From Octopus vulgaris (taxonomy: Eukaryota), in NCBI GenBank assembly GCA_951406725.2, contig OX597814.1, positions 138,570,001-138,634,000 of the forward strand: a stretch of DNA of 64,000 nucleotides. The letters run 5' to 3'. Of the stretch, positions 39,900 to 52,990 are shown one piece after another (the stretch's first letter is position 1; the number at the start of each line of letters is the position of its first letter). The notes below the pieces were generated by a model. It saw only the letters and a program-made list of their open reading frames with translations. It did no database searches and was not told the DNA's origin. A program made the position numbers and the translations under genes.

Positions 39900-40960
39900 G
39901 CCATAACTCTTGAGGTTTTGTAAGAAAATCAATTTTCATCTCAGTTTAAATAAAGAACGAATCAGATGGATTAAAAAATAGCTGCAGTGTAACGCGAACG
40001 CAAGGCCGAGATCCTAGTTTTTATACAAATTTTCAAACAATTTTCGACTACAAATTTTATCTAAATTGTAATTTGTGCAAGTCTTATGAATTAGTTTCAA
40101 AATAACCTCAATCTTGATTGTCGGCAAATATCAAATTTACATGCTGTTGGTCACGAAATTTTAAAGAAATCTTAGCCATCTTGACATAGTGATTATCAAA
40201 TATTTTATTTTTATCTGTTTCTCCCAACATAAATTTCTTCTTCAGGCAATAAACTAGTAGAACAAACAAAAAGAATTTATTTAAAAAACACGATGCGCAA
40301 CATTTTAGTGAAACAAGTCAACAAAATTGGTTATTAGCTATCAGCCTGGAATTAACTAAACAACATAGTTTTATAGTGAAATGGAAACTGATTTCTGAGA
40401 TAGACGCCTAGATTTTGCTTAAGAGAAAACATGAGTGTGTGACATTTATCAATTTCTCAAGTGCTTTATCCTGCTAGGCGAAGTGGAATAATTTTAATCA
40501 GAGAACGGAACTGAATAAAGAACTCTTGGAAATTTCACCAAGAGGTATTAAGCAATAATTTTCTTCCAATTTTCAAAGTGTGCAACTCTACATTTCTAAA
40601 CAGCAGGTCAGCTTTCGTTTTCAAAGGCTACATAAATATAGTAGTAGGTGCCAAGAAGTGTAATGTTCATGCCTTTCCGAAAAATATTAATAATGCAGGA
40701 AAAACAGAATAAGCTTAAAGTGGGAATTAAAACGACAGAGAGGTTTTAATATATTAAATCTTGAAGAGGTTTCAATCTATTTTACATCTTTATAATAAAT
40801 ATCTGTCATCCTAATATGAAATGAGATAGACACCCTCTGTTCAACAAGACGAATACTCGAGATAAGCTTATGTGTTGAGTACCTTTTTCTTTCCTTTGTC
40901 CATCAACCCATATGAGAAGACGTGAAAAAATTGTAAAAAAGTATAGAGGTAAAAATGGTG

Positions 40961-41384
40961 GGATCTTTTCGGTTTGAACGGCAGTTTTAACATAATTTCT
41001 AGGTAACTAAAACATTTTAAACTTCGTATACTGGTAGAATGCGTTTATAAAACATCTTTTTCTCTTGGCTTTATTGAGAAAATTCTATAGTTTGTAAGAT
41101 TTTTGTTGTTTTTTTCTTCAATTTCTGCAATTTCAACCAATCACTGACGTCTATTGAGTTAAAAAGCATTCTGTGCCGTATGAATATGTCCCTCGTTTAA
41201 GAAACAGATTGGGTTTATTTACATTTGTGAAGAAAAAAAGATACCCTACCCCTAACCATAATCCTAACTAACCCTAACCCTAAAACAGATTGAAATGCAA
41301 TAGATCGATTCTAGGGTCATAATTATGGGTGACAATTTCATATGACACCGCTAGAAAAAACTGCCGTTCAAACCGAAAAGATCC
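40961..41384. mobile_element. Same MITE, copy 2
   Basis: TSD aaat(g/a)gtg, perfect 28-bp TIR, CCCTAA-like array at 41244-41283. Confidence 0.9.
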
Positions 41385-42245
41385 AAATAGTGTAATATTG
41401 CATACGGGATTCGAACGTTTTGTCAGCTATAGACCACGTGGCTGCAATGAAAACAATACCAAAGTTATATAATGACATTGACCGTCCAAATTGAGAAACT
41501 TCAACAAAGTAGCTCAGATTACATAACAATGGCATGTCAACGGGAACCACAGTGAACATATTAAGTTATATATGTTTGTGTGTATTCAAGTCTTGTGCCT
41601 AAAATAGAATGTCACGATGGGATTCTACAAATTTTCTGTACGAAATTTCCACTCACAAATTATTTTGACAAATGAAGGCTACAGTAGCAGGCAACTAACG
41701 AAAAACCCGCGAACTGCGTTCGAGCCCCGGGCATATATTTCTGGAACTAACTACTTCGCGAGTTTTCGATTGGAATTAGCCGTTTTCTTTTCTTTGTTTT
41801 TTTTTCAATTTATATTCATCCAACTTTAAATTGTTGAAAGAATAGAAAAACAAATCTCTCTTTTTAACAATACATTCCACAAAACAACTAAATATTGATT
41901 TGAAATGCTGTAAACTAGAATTTAAAGTCGATTTAATGAAGTAACAGCATAAACAATAGCCATATAAAGAAATAAAGAGATTTAATCCCTTACGTTATTG
42001 GTGAAGGGAGGGTGAATTCAGCTGTTTTTGTGTGCATATTAGCTGTGAAAGAAGCACTAGATTATGCGCTTGTTAATTTTTTACGATGTAAATGGAACAT
42101 TTTTTTCACACGCCGAAGGCAAGGATTTAAATTCATGTGGAATGAAATAGTTTTTCTAAAAGTATGTGTGTATGTATGTACTATATTTGCATTGGAAATA
42201 CGTACGTGTGTGCCCACATATGTACGTAACAACACACAATTCATG

Positions 42246-42315
<70 letters not shown>

Positions 42316-42667
42316 TGTGTGTGTGTGTGTATGTAAATGTATATGCATAGCTATATATATATATATACATACAAATATTTGTATATGTATATATACCTGT
42401 ATACATATATATATGTATGTATATATACAAATATATAAGTATATTTATGCATATACTTGTGTGCACGTGTGCGCGCCTGTGCGTGCGTCTCTGTGTATGC
42501 ACCTGCGCGTCTGTAGAAGGATTCATATTTTCCTTTTGTATTTATGTAATCTATAAAATTTTTTGTCATATTTTTATACAATTTCTTTCATAGACTTAAA
42601 TTCCCCGTTTACTATTTTGTTGCGAGCGGCTTTCTGTATACAACGATATATAATAAATATATATGCG

Positions 42668-42757
<90 letters not shown>

Positions 42758-43579
42758 GTTATTTATTTTATCAAATGACTATAGAATATTCACTATTCTA
42801 AAAGTGTATGAGACCCTGTGTGTGTGTGTTTGTGTGTGTGCGTGTGTCTATATGTGTGATTGCATGTATAATACTAGCCCTCACTCGTAAGCAACTATGA
42901 CCTGAAAACTTTACTGTTTTTTATAATGGCCATTACCTATACCGTAGCGAGCTGACATCGAAACAGCCTCTGCAATTTCTGCCCTTCACCCAACAGAACA
43001 TCGAAGCTGTGATAATTAGATGGTGAAAGTCTTGTAACAGGTGTCGAGAGAAGCATGAAATGATGTACCTTGCTTAATGACACAAGCTACTCGTTCAAGA
43101 ATGGAACTTATGTCACCATGGCTCTGAACCCAATACCTTAACCATCAGGCTAGATATCCCGTCTACGCAATTTGTTTTATGTTTGTAATGAAGGAAATGT
43201 ACTTAAGATAAAACCTTGAATAAGTTTCTTTTATTCAAATTTGAGTAAAGTTCTTAAAACAATCATTTGTGTCGGAAGCCAATACGCAATCACATGACTT
43301 TTTTTCTGTAGATGCTTATCTCTAGAGAGATTTAATAGGGAACACTCAGAGCTTGTATGTTGCCAATAGGGGACATATACATTCACTCAGCCACCCCATT
43401 CTTGATGCGATGGAATACACCGAATGTGATGGCTGAAAAGAGTGAGAGCTATAATAGCATTAGGTTGACATTGACACCACCTGAATAAAATGGAGCAATG
43501 TGAAATGTAATGTTCACGGATACAACGCCCCACCTAGCCCAGGTATCGAACTCTTTGACCTTCCTATTGTGCAGATATG

Positions 43580-43610
<31 letters not shown>

Positions 43611-43674
43611 GAACACAGGAAAAATTGAAAAAGGTGACAAACGCTCAGGATGATATTAAAACATATCTTCATAT

Positions 43675-43760
43675 CTTCAACATATGTTTCGAAGGATGCA
43701 TTCAAAATACGTCCGACAGGAAGAATTATGGTCAGCTATGCATCAACTTCATCCGGAAAT
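43675..43760 (-). ncRNA. Hammerhead-like motif (variant core CGGATGA) next to (TA)n
   Basis: Minus strand: ttc-CGGATGA-ag..gatgcat...atgcatc cttc-GAAA-catat-GTT-gaa, with palindromic stem III ACATATGT. Confidence 0.5.
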
Positions 43761-43923
43761 ATATAAACAACAACACTCATCAAATAGACATTTTTACAGA
43801 TATAGGAAGCCCTAGAACATGTGACGTAATTCCTAGGATTAAGCAACATTTAGCCCCCTAGTAATTACTCCCCTGCATCTTTCCTATGAATTGCACACTC
43901 ATATATATATGTATATATATATG

Positions 43924-43966
<43 letters not shown>

Positions 43967-43976
43967 GTATACCTGT

Positions 43977-44034
<58 letters not shown>

Positions 44035-44056
44035 ATATACAAATATATGTATATAT

Positions 44057-44092
<36 letters not shown>

Positions 44093-44118
44093 ATATATAC
44101 ATATATTTGTATATATAC

Positions 44119-44176
<58 letters not shown>

Positions 44177-44559
44177 ACGTGCCATCAGTAATTACTCAGG
44201 GTAGGCAGTTTGTGACACAAAAAATAAGCGAAAAACAACCGCGTGATTAAGTTGAGGGCAGATTTACTGCTGCCTTTATAGCACGTAAAAAAACGTTGTT
44301 GTAGGAATGTACGTTGCACATGTACTACAGCAGTACTATGCATAGCTTAAATACTGAGAATCAAAGGCAGGGGCAAATTATGCCTGCGTAATCTACAAAA
44401 AAATACTTTCACTTTATGCATAGTAATTAGAGTAACCTTCATAATATTATTGAATTAGGTGCATATTTTGCCATAAAAGAAAAATATTGCTATTGATCTA
44501 TTTCATTCAAGGTAGGCTCTGCCTTCCTTGCCTACCCAGGCGGAACATGCCTGATATAT

Positions 44560-45830
44560 ATATTTATAGGGGTAAAATATGAAAAATCAACGAAAATGCA
44601 CATTGCAAATAAAAAAAAGGCTATTTATGACAGGTAACGACAAATATATACATTTAGATTGACTGATGTAGTAATATGGGTCATAAAAGTCATTATTATG
44701 AGATGATTATAAGATGATAAGAAAGTAAGAAAACAAAGCGAACCATGGTTTCTGCAAAATCTATTCATCGCTTTGAAAAAACCGGCTAATACACGGTATC
44801 AGGTCTAATAGTTCCTGAGAAAAAAAGATTATTTGTAAGGGAGGTAAGTAGTTCTGGATTTAGAGATGTGAGTGGTGTAGGAAGTGTATAGGTGTTAGTG
44901 GTTTTAATTGAAGAGTTAGTGGTGTTCTGTATTGAGTTGTGTGTTAATGTTTAGTTGGGGGAGAAATATATTGATGAAAAATGCCTCTTTATTCAACCTT
45001 TGTTGCATTGTGGTGTTTTGTGAACATTGGTAAAAGGGAAATATTTGGAAATTGGGATTAAGATTCCTGGCACATCTATGTGTGCACTCACCTTTAACTG
45101 TCTGTATTGTGGGTGACGGATTTGCTCTTTGTGAATGGTGATTCTTTGACGGAGCGAAATTCCTGTTTGTCCAATATAGAGTTTACCGCATCCTATGCAT
45201 GTCATGACATAGATTACATTTACTGAGGCGCAGGTGAAATTTGATTTGATCTTAAATATTTCTCCTTGTTTGAATTGAAATTCTGAACCCTCCAGAAGGT
45301 GGGGGCATGTCACTTTTGTCACTTTTGGCTCTGTTGTTGGTGGATACAGTCTAGCGCTGGTTAATATTTTTTTCAGTGACTTCGGTTGCTTTTTGCTTTA
45401 TATAATTTTATACGAGCTTAAAATGTCGTTCATTGTTTTGTCTGCTGTGAGGATGGGAAGATTTTTTGTATATCTATTCCCTTAGCTCTTTTGATGCCTT
45501 CATTTACTAATGAGATTGGGTAATGTCTTTTAGTTAGTGTAGATCTAAGTTCAAGGAGTCTATGTTCTCGAGTGTATGTATCGGAAACTATGGTGCAGAT
45601 TCTTTTTGCTAGGTTAAAGGGTATGTTGATTTTTATGTGTTTGGGTGGCAGGAGCTAAATAATAGGTATTGTTTAGAATCTGTGGGTTTATAAAAGATGT
45701 CTGTTTCTATGTGGTTGTTAACTATTCTAATCAAGATGTCTAGAAAAGGGAGTTGTTTACTGTTGTGTTCCATAGTGAATTGTATATTGCTGTGTATGTT
45801 GTTGAGCATTCTTTTGAAGTCAAGGAGTTG
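44560..45830 (-). mobile_element. 5'-truncated Penelope-like element (RT C-terminus, GIY-YIG, terminal repeat region)
   Basis: Minus strand: IHSNIQFTMEHNSKQLPFLDILI, TDIFYKPTDSKQYL, HIKINIPFNLAKRICTIVS, then NVIYVMTCIGCGKLYIGQTGISLRQR. Short (TA)n at both ends. Confidence 0.9.
44993..45322 (-). pseudogene. Penelope-like GIY-YIG endonuclease remnant
   Basis: VIY-X10-YIG-QT...LRQR..H motif, frameshifted. Confidence 0.9.
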
Positions 45831-45861
45831 ATATATATATATAGCTTTATTTAGCTTTAAT

Positions 45862-45960
45862 TAACACAACAATCGTTTCGGCATTGCTCCTTTGTGGTGA
45901 AGCAAGGACACGCGTGGTTTGTATACAAACCACCGGCATCCTTGCCTCATCAATGTGTGT
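45862..45960 (-). ncRNA. Degenerate hammerhead-like motif with branched stem II
   Basis: Minus strand: acaca-TTGATGA-ggca...tgcc-GAAA-cgattgtt-gtgt. Contains a perfect 20-nt palindrome at 45914-45933. Confidence 0.5.
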
Positions 45961-46404
45961 AAACTACTAACAACACAGCATAATATCACCATCTAGCTTC
46001 GAGCGAAATGTAAATCTTATAACTTTTGAAGCCTATTATGTCCCTTGATGAGGCTCCTTTGCACTGCGAAATGCATCTGATGTCATTACATTTAGTGAGT
46101 AATCCACTAGTGAGCAATGCAGAAAGCAACCGAAATTATTGTTGTGCTAAATACAGCTTCATGTTACATTCTGTCATCCGTACCAGTCATTTAGTATATA
46201 CTCAACGTGCACGTTAGACTTCCTTACAGAGATCCAGCGATGAAATCTCAGACCCACGGATGACGCCTGGTAGCCATAAGTGGTGAACTTGCTCAGCAGG
46301 CACACTACCTGGGGCTTACCATGAAACAAGGTTTGGATACTGTCTTTTAATATCTTCTATCTAAACCTTAATTTTAATTATATATATATATATTCATATA
46401 TATA

Positions 46405-46444
<40 letters not shown>

Positions 46445-46490
46445 CTTGTTTCAGTCATGTGACTTCGGCTATGCTGGAGAACACCTAGGC

Positions 46491-46551
<61 letters not shown>

Positions 46552-46554
<3 letters not shown>

Positions 46555-48145
46555 TGGCGGCCAAAATTCAGAACGGCATTGTTTTCGTCAGAAAAGTAAG
46601 TATAATTTTTTATCAAAGTTGTTTTATATTCTATAATTTTCACAGACAATAAATACAATATTATTTGTTATTGCCTGAGATGTTGGTGTGATTTGAGAGG
46701 ATAATACAAAAGTTATGGATGATTTAGTGATTTACTGCAAAACCCATGGAGGCCAAAATGATCAGAACGGTTGCTTTTACTCCGTGTTTTAGTATATTTA
46801 ACCGGCGAACTCTAATGTTTTGAATTTGTTTACGTGACGGTTCGTTTACTAAACATTAGTAAGAATATTTGCAGTGTCCTTTGTTAATATAATACCACTT
46901 ACTCCGTTACCAATTCATCAGTAGATTATTAAGCTTCGAAGGAGGGATAATTTAAGTATTGGATCTATTGCAAAGATTGTTAACAAGTCAAAAAGTGTTG
47001 TACACGGTATTCTTAAGGTCTACGATGATTGTGGTTCGTGTGAAGCAAGAAAGTTTACAGGTAGGCCAAGAAAAACGACCAAGAGAGAAGATCGTGCTAT
47101 GGTAAAGTTGGTTAAAAAGGACAGATTTAAAACTGCTGCTGCTGTTTCTCGGAAAATGAGCATTTTATTGAAGAAAACTTTATCTCGAAAAACTGTGTCT
47201 CGTCGTTTAGTTGAACATGACCTACAAGCAAGAGCACATGCAGTGAAGCCACTGATCAGCTCCAAGAATATAAAGTGTCGTCTTACCTTTGCAACCAAAC
47301 ATGTGTTGTGGTCTCAATAAAAATGGCAAACGGTGCATTTCAGTGATGAATCTAAGTTTATGTTATTTGGCTCAGATGGGAAAAGGTATGTTCGTAGAAA
47401 AGTAGGTGAAAAATTGTTGCCTAAATGCCTTAAGACTAGTGTTAAGTTCGGTGGAGGAAGTGTCATGGTTTGGGGGATGATATCTGGAGATGTTGTGGGC
47501 CCTTTGGTGCGATTACATGGAAAGGTAAATGCAGGTGTTTATAAACAACTTGTAAAACTTTCTTGCCTGTGCTGAGAAATTCAACTAAGCGACCACCCAT
47601 ATTTATGCAGGACAATGCCCCATGTCACAAGGCTAAGGTGGTCATGAACTACCTTAAGGCTGAAAAGGTTATTGTTATGGATTGGCCTGCTCAAAGCCCA
47701 GATCTCAATCCTATTGAACATGTATGGAATATTCTAGGAGAACGTTTGAAAGCCAGAAATCCTAAAACAACTGAGCAATTATGGAATGCCCTTCAGGAAG
47801 AATGGAATAAGATCACCCAGCAAGAAATTGAAGATTTAATTTCCTCATGCAGTCAAAGATGTCAGAGTGTGATTGAAGCTAAAGGGCTTCACACTAAATA
47901 TTAAATAATTCCAGTATTCTCTGTCATTTTTGATTATTTTGGCCGCCATGGGTTTTGCAGTAAATCACTAAATCATCCATAACTTTTGTATTATCCTCTC
48001 AAATTACACCAAAATTTCAGACAATAACAATTAATATTGTTTTTATTGTCTGTGAAAATTATAGAATATAAAACTACTTTGATAAAAACTTATACTTACT
48101 TTTCTGACGAAAACAATGCCGTTCTGAACATTTTGGCCGCAACTG
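46552..48145 (+). mobile_element. Tc1-family transposon, copy 2
   Basis: TA TSD in (TA)n, CAGT termini and TIRs of about 200 bp. The right inner DR is partly deleted. Colinear with 9627-11487. Confidence 0.95.
46892..47904 (+). pseudogene. Tc1 DD34E transposase, disrupted
   Basis: Same motifs as copy 1. Premature TAA at 47318-47320 and a frameshift near 47557. Confidence 0.95.
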
Positions 48146-48380
48146 TATATAATGAATCCGCTTAGCAGTAGCGGTGCCGATAACCGGCTGTTACAATTGA
48201 ATATACTTATACTTCGCAACAGGATTAAGCTCCAGCGGCAACGTAGTATGAATTGATTGATGTTTCCCACTCGGGTCCCATAAGGTATAGATAGCGCAAT
48301 ATTAATTAATAAATGATTGACTAACAGAACAGGAATTTTGTAATCATTTTCATTAATTTCTGCTATTAGAGACCGTGCGC

Positions 48381-48470
<90 letters not shown>

Positions 48471-49914
48471 ATGCATAGTTATATGTGTGCTTGATTGCAA
48501 ATGCAAGTCTGAATGAGAAACGACCACTTACGCTCTCCAAAAGGCTATATAAAATATACACTGGAATACTGCTCTCAGATCTAAAATGGTTGTTGCTACA
48601 CATACTATGGCATCCAAGACTACTCAAATTATGGACATGAAGTTAGAAAAACTCTACTCTGTAGTCTACTGAAGTGCTATTTCTTGTTTGTATCGTTTCT
48701 ATCTCTACTATATTGGTCTCTGCTCCTTGGAATCGGCTGATCTCTCCTTTGGTATTATTGACTCATTCATCTCTCATTCATTGTGCGTTCACCCAGCATC
48801 CGGCTCCTTACTAATCTTTCCTTCTCAGACGAATGAATAACTAGAATTACTTCCTTGCACAAATCTTTCCTGTAGTCATTTTAATTTGTACATTTCGACA
48901 TCAATCTTGCTACTCTCGGAGGGTGCGCGAATGTCATGGGCGCGGAACCTTCCCACCAGACAAAACTAATAAAAAAGAAACCAGATCGATGGGCAATTCT
49001 GAATATTGGCATGAAAGACCAAATAAGCAACTGAAAGTTTCAGTATATTCTCTGGATAATTTCAAATGAAAGTTTTATGACAATTTTCTACACGTAGTCA
49101 TAACTATTCTCCTCACTGTCATATCGTAGTTCTTACTTATCTCGACGGTTTACTGATCAAGAAATACCAACCAGCGTTTTTATTTTCTGGCGTATGTATA
49201 TCTACAGATTTACAGATATCTGCGATTCTCATGACATTTATTGAGGACGTGCAAGTTCTCTTTCTTTTACCACTGTTGTTCCCAAACTTCAAACAATGGA
49301 ATAAATTTTATGCAGTGAGAGAAAAGCCGAAAGTTTTGTCAGAGACCTTCATCTGACAGACAAGAAACGCCAACTCATGTTTTTTTAAAACTTCATGTTA
49401 CCTCCCCTTTCTCCTCTTTCATTATTCTCATTTCTCCCCTTTCATTATCTCCCTTTATTTACCCCCTCTCTCTTAGTTATTCCAGTTTATATTGCTTTCA
49501 ACCCAAGTTGACATTTTTTCTCCCTTGACGAAGAAATATTGTGCTCGAAAAGTTAGAATTCTCATTTTTCTCCCGGGTATAAAACTTATTGCACAGTTTG
49601 AAATGTTTATATTACTATTGGCCAACCGACGCAGGCTGTCTTTAGTTTCCCCCACGTTCAACTGTTTAACTTTATTAATCTAGTTTGGCCTTCATTTTCT
49701 TTGTACGATTGCCATTTTGCCTTTCTATTCTTATTTATCTTATTTTACCACCAATTTCCTCGCCATGGCTATATGCATATATTCATGTATTGATGTAAAT
49801 TAATATGTATTTTTCTCCTATCAAGTTCAAATTTATCGATTTATTGATCCTTTCTGCTGTCTTTTATTAACTATTTTAAGCCAAACAACTGGATTAAGTC
49901 AAAATATTCTCTGA

Positions 49915-50170
49915 TGCTGCTTCTGTTGCTGCTACTACTACTACTACAACAACTGCTACTACTACTGCTGTTGCTGTTGCTGCTGCTGCCGCTGCTGCCG
50001 CTGCTGCTGCTGATGATAATGATGATGTAGCTGCCTATGCTGCTGCAGTCTTACCGTTACTGTCAGTTTTGCTGCTGCTGTTGTTGCTAACACTGCCATT
50101 ACAGGAGTTATTGGTGGTGGTGATGGCGGTAGCAGCGGAGGTAGTGGTGGTGGCGGTGGTGGTGTTGGCA
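49915..50170. repeat. Mixed trinucleotide low-complexity tract (GCT/ACT/GAT/GGT)
   Basis: Seen directly. Confidence 0.85.
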
Positions 50171-50333
50171 GTGGAAGTGTTTAGAGTTGAAAGAGAAGCT
50201 GCCTTTGAGGTTAGTCTATAAATACGCTTGTTAGCCAATGACAGGACTAAAAGACTTTGTTGATTCAACACTGCGGTTCTTCTTTTGGGCTTGAGTAGTA
50301 AACAAATTCATATTTTTCGCTCTTCAATAAGGT

Positions 50334-50493
50334 GTATGTTTGTGTTGTGCGTATCCCTATGTGTGTGTGTGTATGCATGCATGTATGTATGTATGTATGT
50401 ATGTATGTATGTATGTATGTATGTATGTATGTATGTATGTTGTGTATGCGCGCGTGCATGTATGTTTGTGTGTTGTGCGTATCCCTATGTGTG

Positions 50494-50525
<32 letters not shown>

Positions 50526-50690
50526 TGTATGTATGTATGTATGTATGCATGTATGTATGTATGTGTATGCATGCGTGCATGTATGTTTGTGTGTTGTGCG
50601 TATCCCTATGTGTGTATGTATATATGTATGTATGTATGTATGTATGTTTGTGTGTGTGTGTGTGTGTACGTGCGTGTGTTTGTTTGTGCG
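50334..50690. repeat. Higher-order tandem repeat (3 units of about 120 bp) built on (ATGT)n
   Basis: Anchor gtgttgtgcgtatccctatgtgtgt recurs at about 50342, 50470 and 50591. Confidence 0.85.
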
Positions 50691-52082
50691 TTAGGAATCT
50701 ACATATGTGTATTTCGGGCGTATGCATGTATTCATAGGTGATTAAAGAGAGTGCATGCATGAAAAAGAAAAGGCACATTACAAAGAAGTAGATTGTGAAA
50801 GGAGTGAGTGAGCATAAGAAACACTCAGAGAGAGGGAGAAATAGATGTAAAGAGAGGAAAGAGGAGAAAGGGAGGAAGAGAGAGAGGAAGGGGAAAGAGT
50901 TAGACTGATAGAGACAGAGACAGACCAACCGACAAACAGACAGACAGATAAATGAAGTTAGCAAAAGGCAATAAATAAATGAATAAATACATAAATGGTA
51001 GCGTAAGGGTTATTTGATTTGAAACAGTGAAAGCTAAACAGGTTAAAAGTATGAAGAAATCGCGAAATAGTGTGACAGTGGTAATAAATAGGATGCCGTT
51101 AATGAGAATTTAAGTAATTGGTTGAGACGGTAGACATATTTCATTTGCAGTTTCTTCATGTTCTGGTAAAGAAAAAAAAAAATCCAGTTTTCATCCGCAC
51201 ACACTTCGACTGAAATTAAGGAAGACCTGAAAAGAATTAATTGAGTTTGCTACGAGGAAAGTGAGACAAGAAAATTCAAAGAACTAATCTTTGGTGATGC
51301 GACAGTGCCAATAATAATGAGCAGAGAGAAAGAGAGGAGGGAGGAGAGAGGGGGAGAGAAGGAGTATAGATATGAAGTCATAGAATAATTGATCGGATGA
51401 AAGGAAATGAGATCAAGTGAGTTGTAAGATCTTCTAATGTAAGAGATAAATGTCCCTTAAGAATCCCCAGTCACTCTTAATGTGAGTTACAATTATAAAT
51501 ACAGAATGTCCATGATAAAGACAGACGATAAATATTCTATATTAGTTGCTGACGAAGAGTCATTTTGATCAGTCAACTTTGATCGAGGGAGCCTACGACA
51601 ATGGAAGCTGATCAAAAGTAACATTCGGTTGGAGCTAGTATTCAGGATAATTTACTTTCTATCGTGGTCAATGTTATGGAATATTCTAGTAACTCAAATG
51701 AAACAAACAGAAATGGCACACAAAAAGTAAAATATAAAAATACCTACGATGTACTACGAAATTGTAAACACGAAGGCTGTTGTACGTGTTTGTTTTGTTA
51801 AAGTCAAACATACAGATATAATCCATAAAAACATAAACATAAAACCGCTTTAATATCTGAGAGAATTTTGAATTTTCGGAAGCAGTATTATATGATCTGA
51901 TTTCAAATTAGCATGAATATATCTACAGCCATGTAAAATATGACCAAACAATACATGGAAGCAGTAGAACAATTAGAGCCACTCATTCTTTGTTTCGTTT
52001 TTCTTCGGTAACTTCTGTTTTTAATTCTTTGTACTTTGGTTTAATATCTTTTTTGGGTATTTCTTAAATTTAATTTATGCTA

Positions 52083-52990
52083 TCAGATTGGTGCAAAAAT
52101 AATTAGGATTTTAGCTTACAACTTAAAAGCAATATATCTCAGTTCTCAATATATCTCACTTTCTTAACTAACGCTGGGCGTAAACGTTGCACTTTTTAAT
52201 GCATTTTGTTAATTTCTTGGAGGTACATTTCTGCTATGATGGTTTCGCCAGAATTCAAAAATAGGAGTGAGTGAATCCCATTTCCAAAAACCAAACAGAC
52301 ATTGCTCTTTTGGTCTAATTCCATTTTGGAAGTTTCCTGCGCGGAACACTGCCGGTTGTCGTTGAGAAAACAATTTTTTGTAACATAATATTCCACGATA
52401 CGAACAACAAACGGAGCATTTCTGTTCCATACAAAAACAGAGCAAGTTTGACTTCCTAACAGCTGTTTCTTTTATTGACTGTTCTTCCCTTAGCGAGCTA
52501 CGTGTTTCTCGAGCGTTCTTTTTCCAGGGTGGTGCATATGTTAAACAAATGTTGAATGGTCAGCTTTTAGGGGGTTATTTTGCAACCTCTCGCGTATAGC
52601 CACTTCAATAATGGCCCTAATTCAATTTCAGAAGTTCGTTTGCATAGTTTCTGATTTTCTAGGCTCTTTATACCACTATGGAATTTTTGAAATCAGTTTT
52701 GAGTTCGTTTCTTGACGAATCTTTGTTTAAATGCTTCTTTGTTATGGTAAGCAGTTCTCGCTGCTGCTTTGCATTTCATTTTGAATTCACATAATATAAT
52801 CACTCATATTTGCTTTCTTAATCTTTGACAGCCTAAAATAAACAAGAACAAACAGTTGAAGCAAAACCATTAGCATAAATCAATAGACCAAATATCAGCG
52901 CTTGAAAATAGTATATTACATGAAGATATTTAAACAAAAGTTTATTCCAATATAACATAAACCGCAATTGTTTTTGCACCAATAACCTAA
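52083..52990 (-). mobile_element. Internally deleted mariner element (Hsmar1/cecropia-like TIR)
   Basis: TA|tcagattggtgcaaaaataatt ... aaccgcaattgtttttgcaccaataacctaa|TA. Decayed ORF remnants (NDNR, GIH..FLNSGETI.AEMY.QEI). Confidence 0.75.

Larger units (their letters stand above)
34667..40017 (+). mobile_element. Decayed Helitron region (boundaries tentative)
   Basis: A|TCtatatcataaaa 5'-end-like motif at 34667, RepHel remnants at 36.3-38.9 kb, and candidate 3' ends CAAG|T at 39266 and CTAG|T at 40017. Confidence 0.45.

Noticed and set aside
44186-44553. Possible hAT-like MITE (gggtaggca/tgcctaccc)
   Set aside because: Only 9 bp of inverted match and no TSD found.
46040-46085. TTGATGA...GAAA hammerhead-like motif (also 62630-62690 minus and 6325-6370)
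   Set aside because: Stems I and II do not pair convincingly.
50035-50271. Thr/Ala/Ser-rich ORF
   Set aside because: Trinucleotide low-complexity tract with no splice or homology support.
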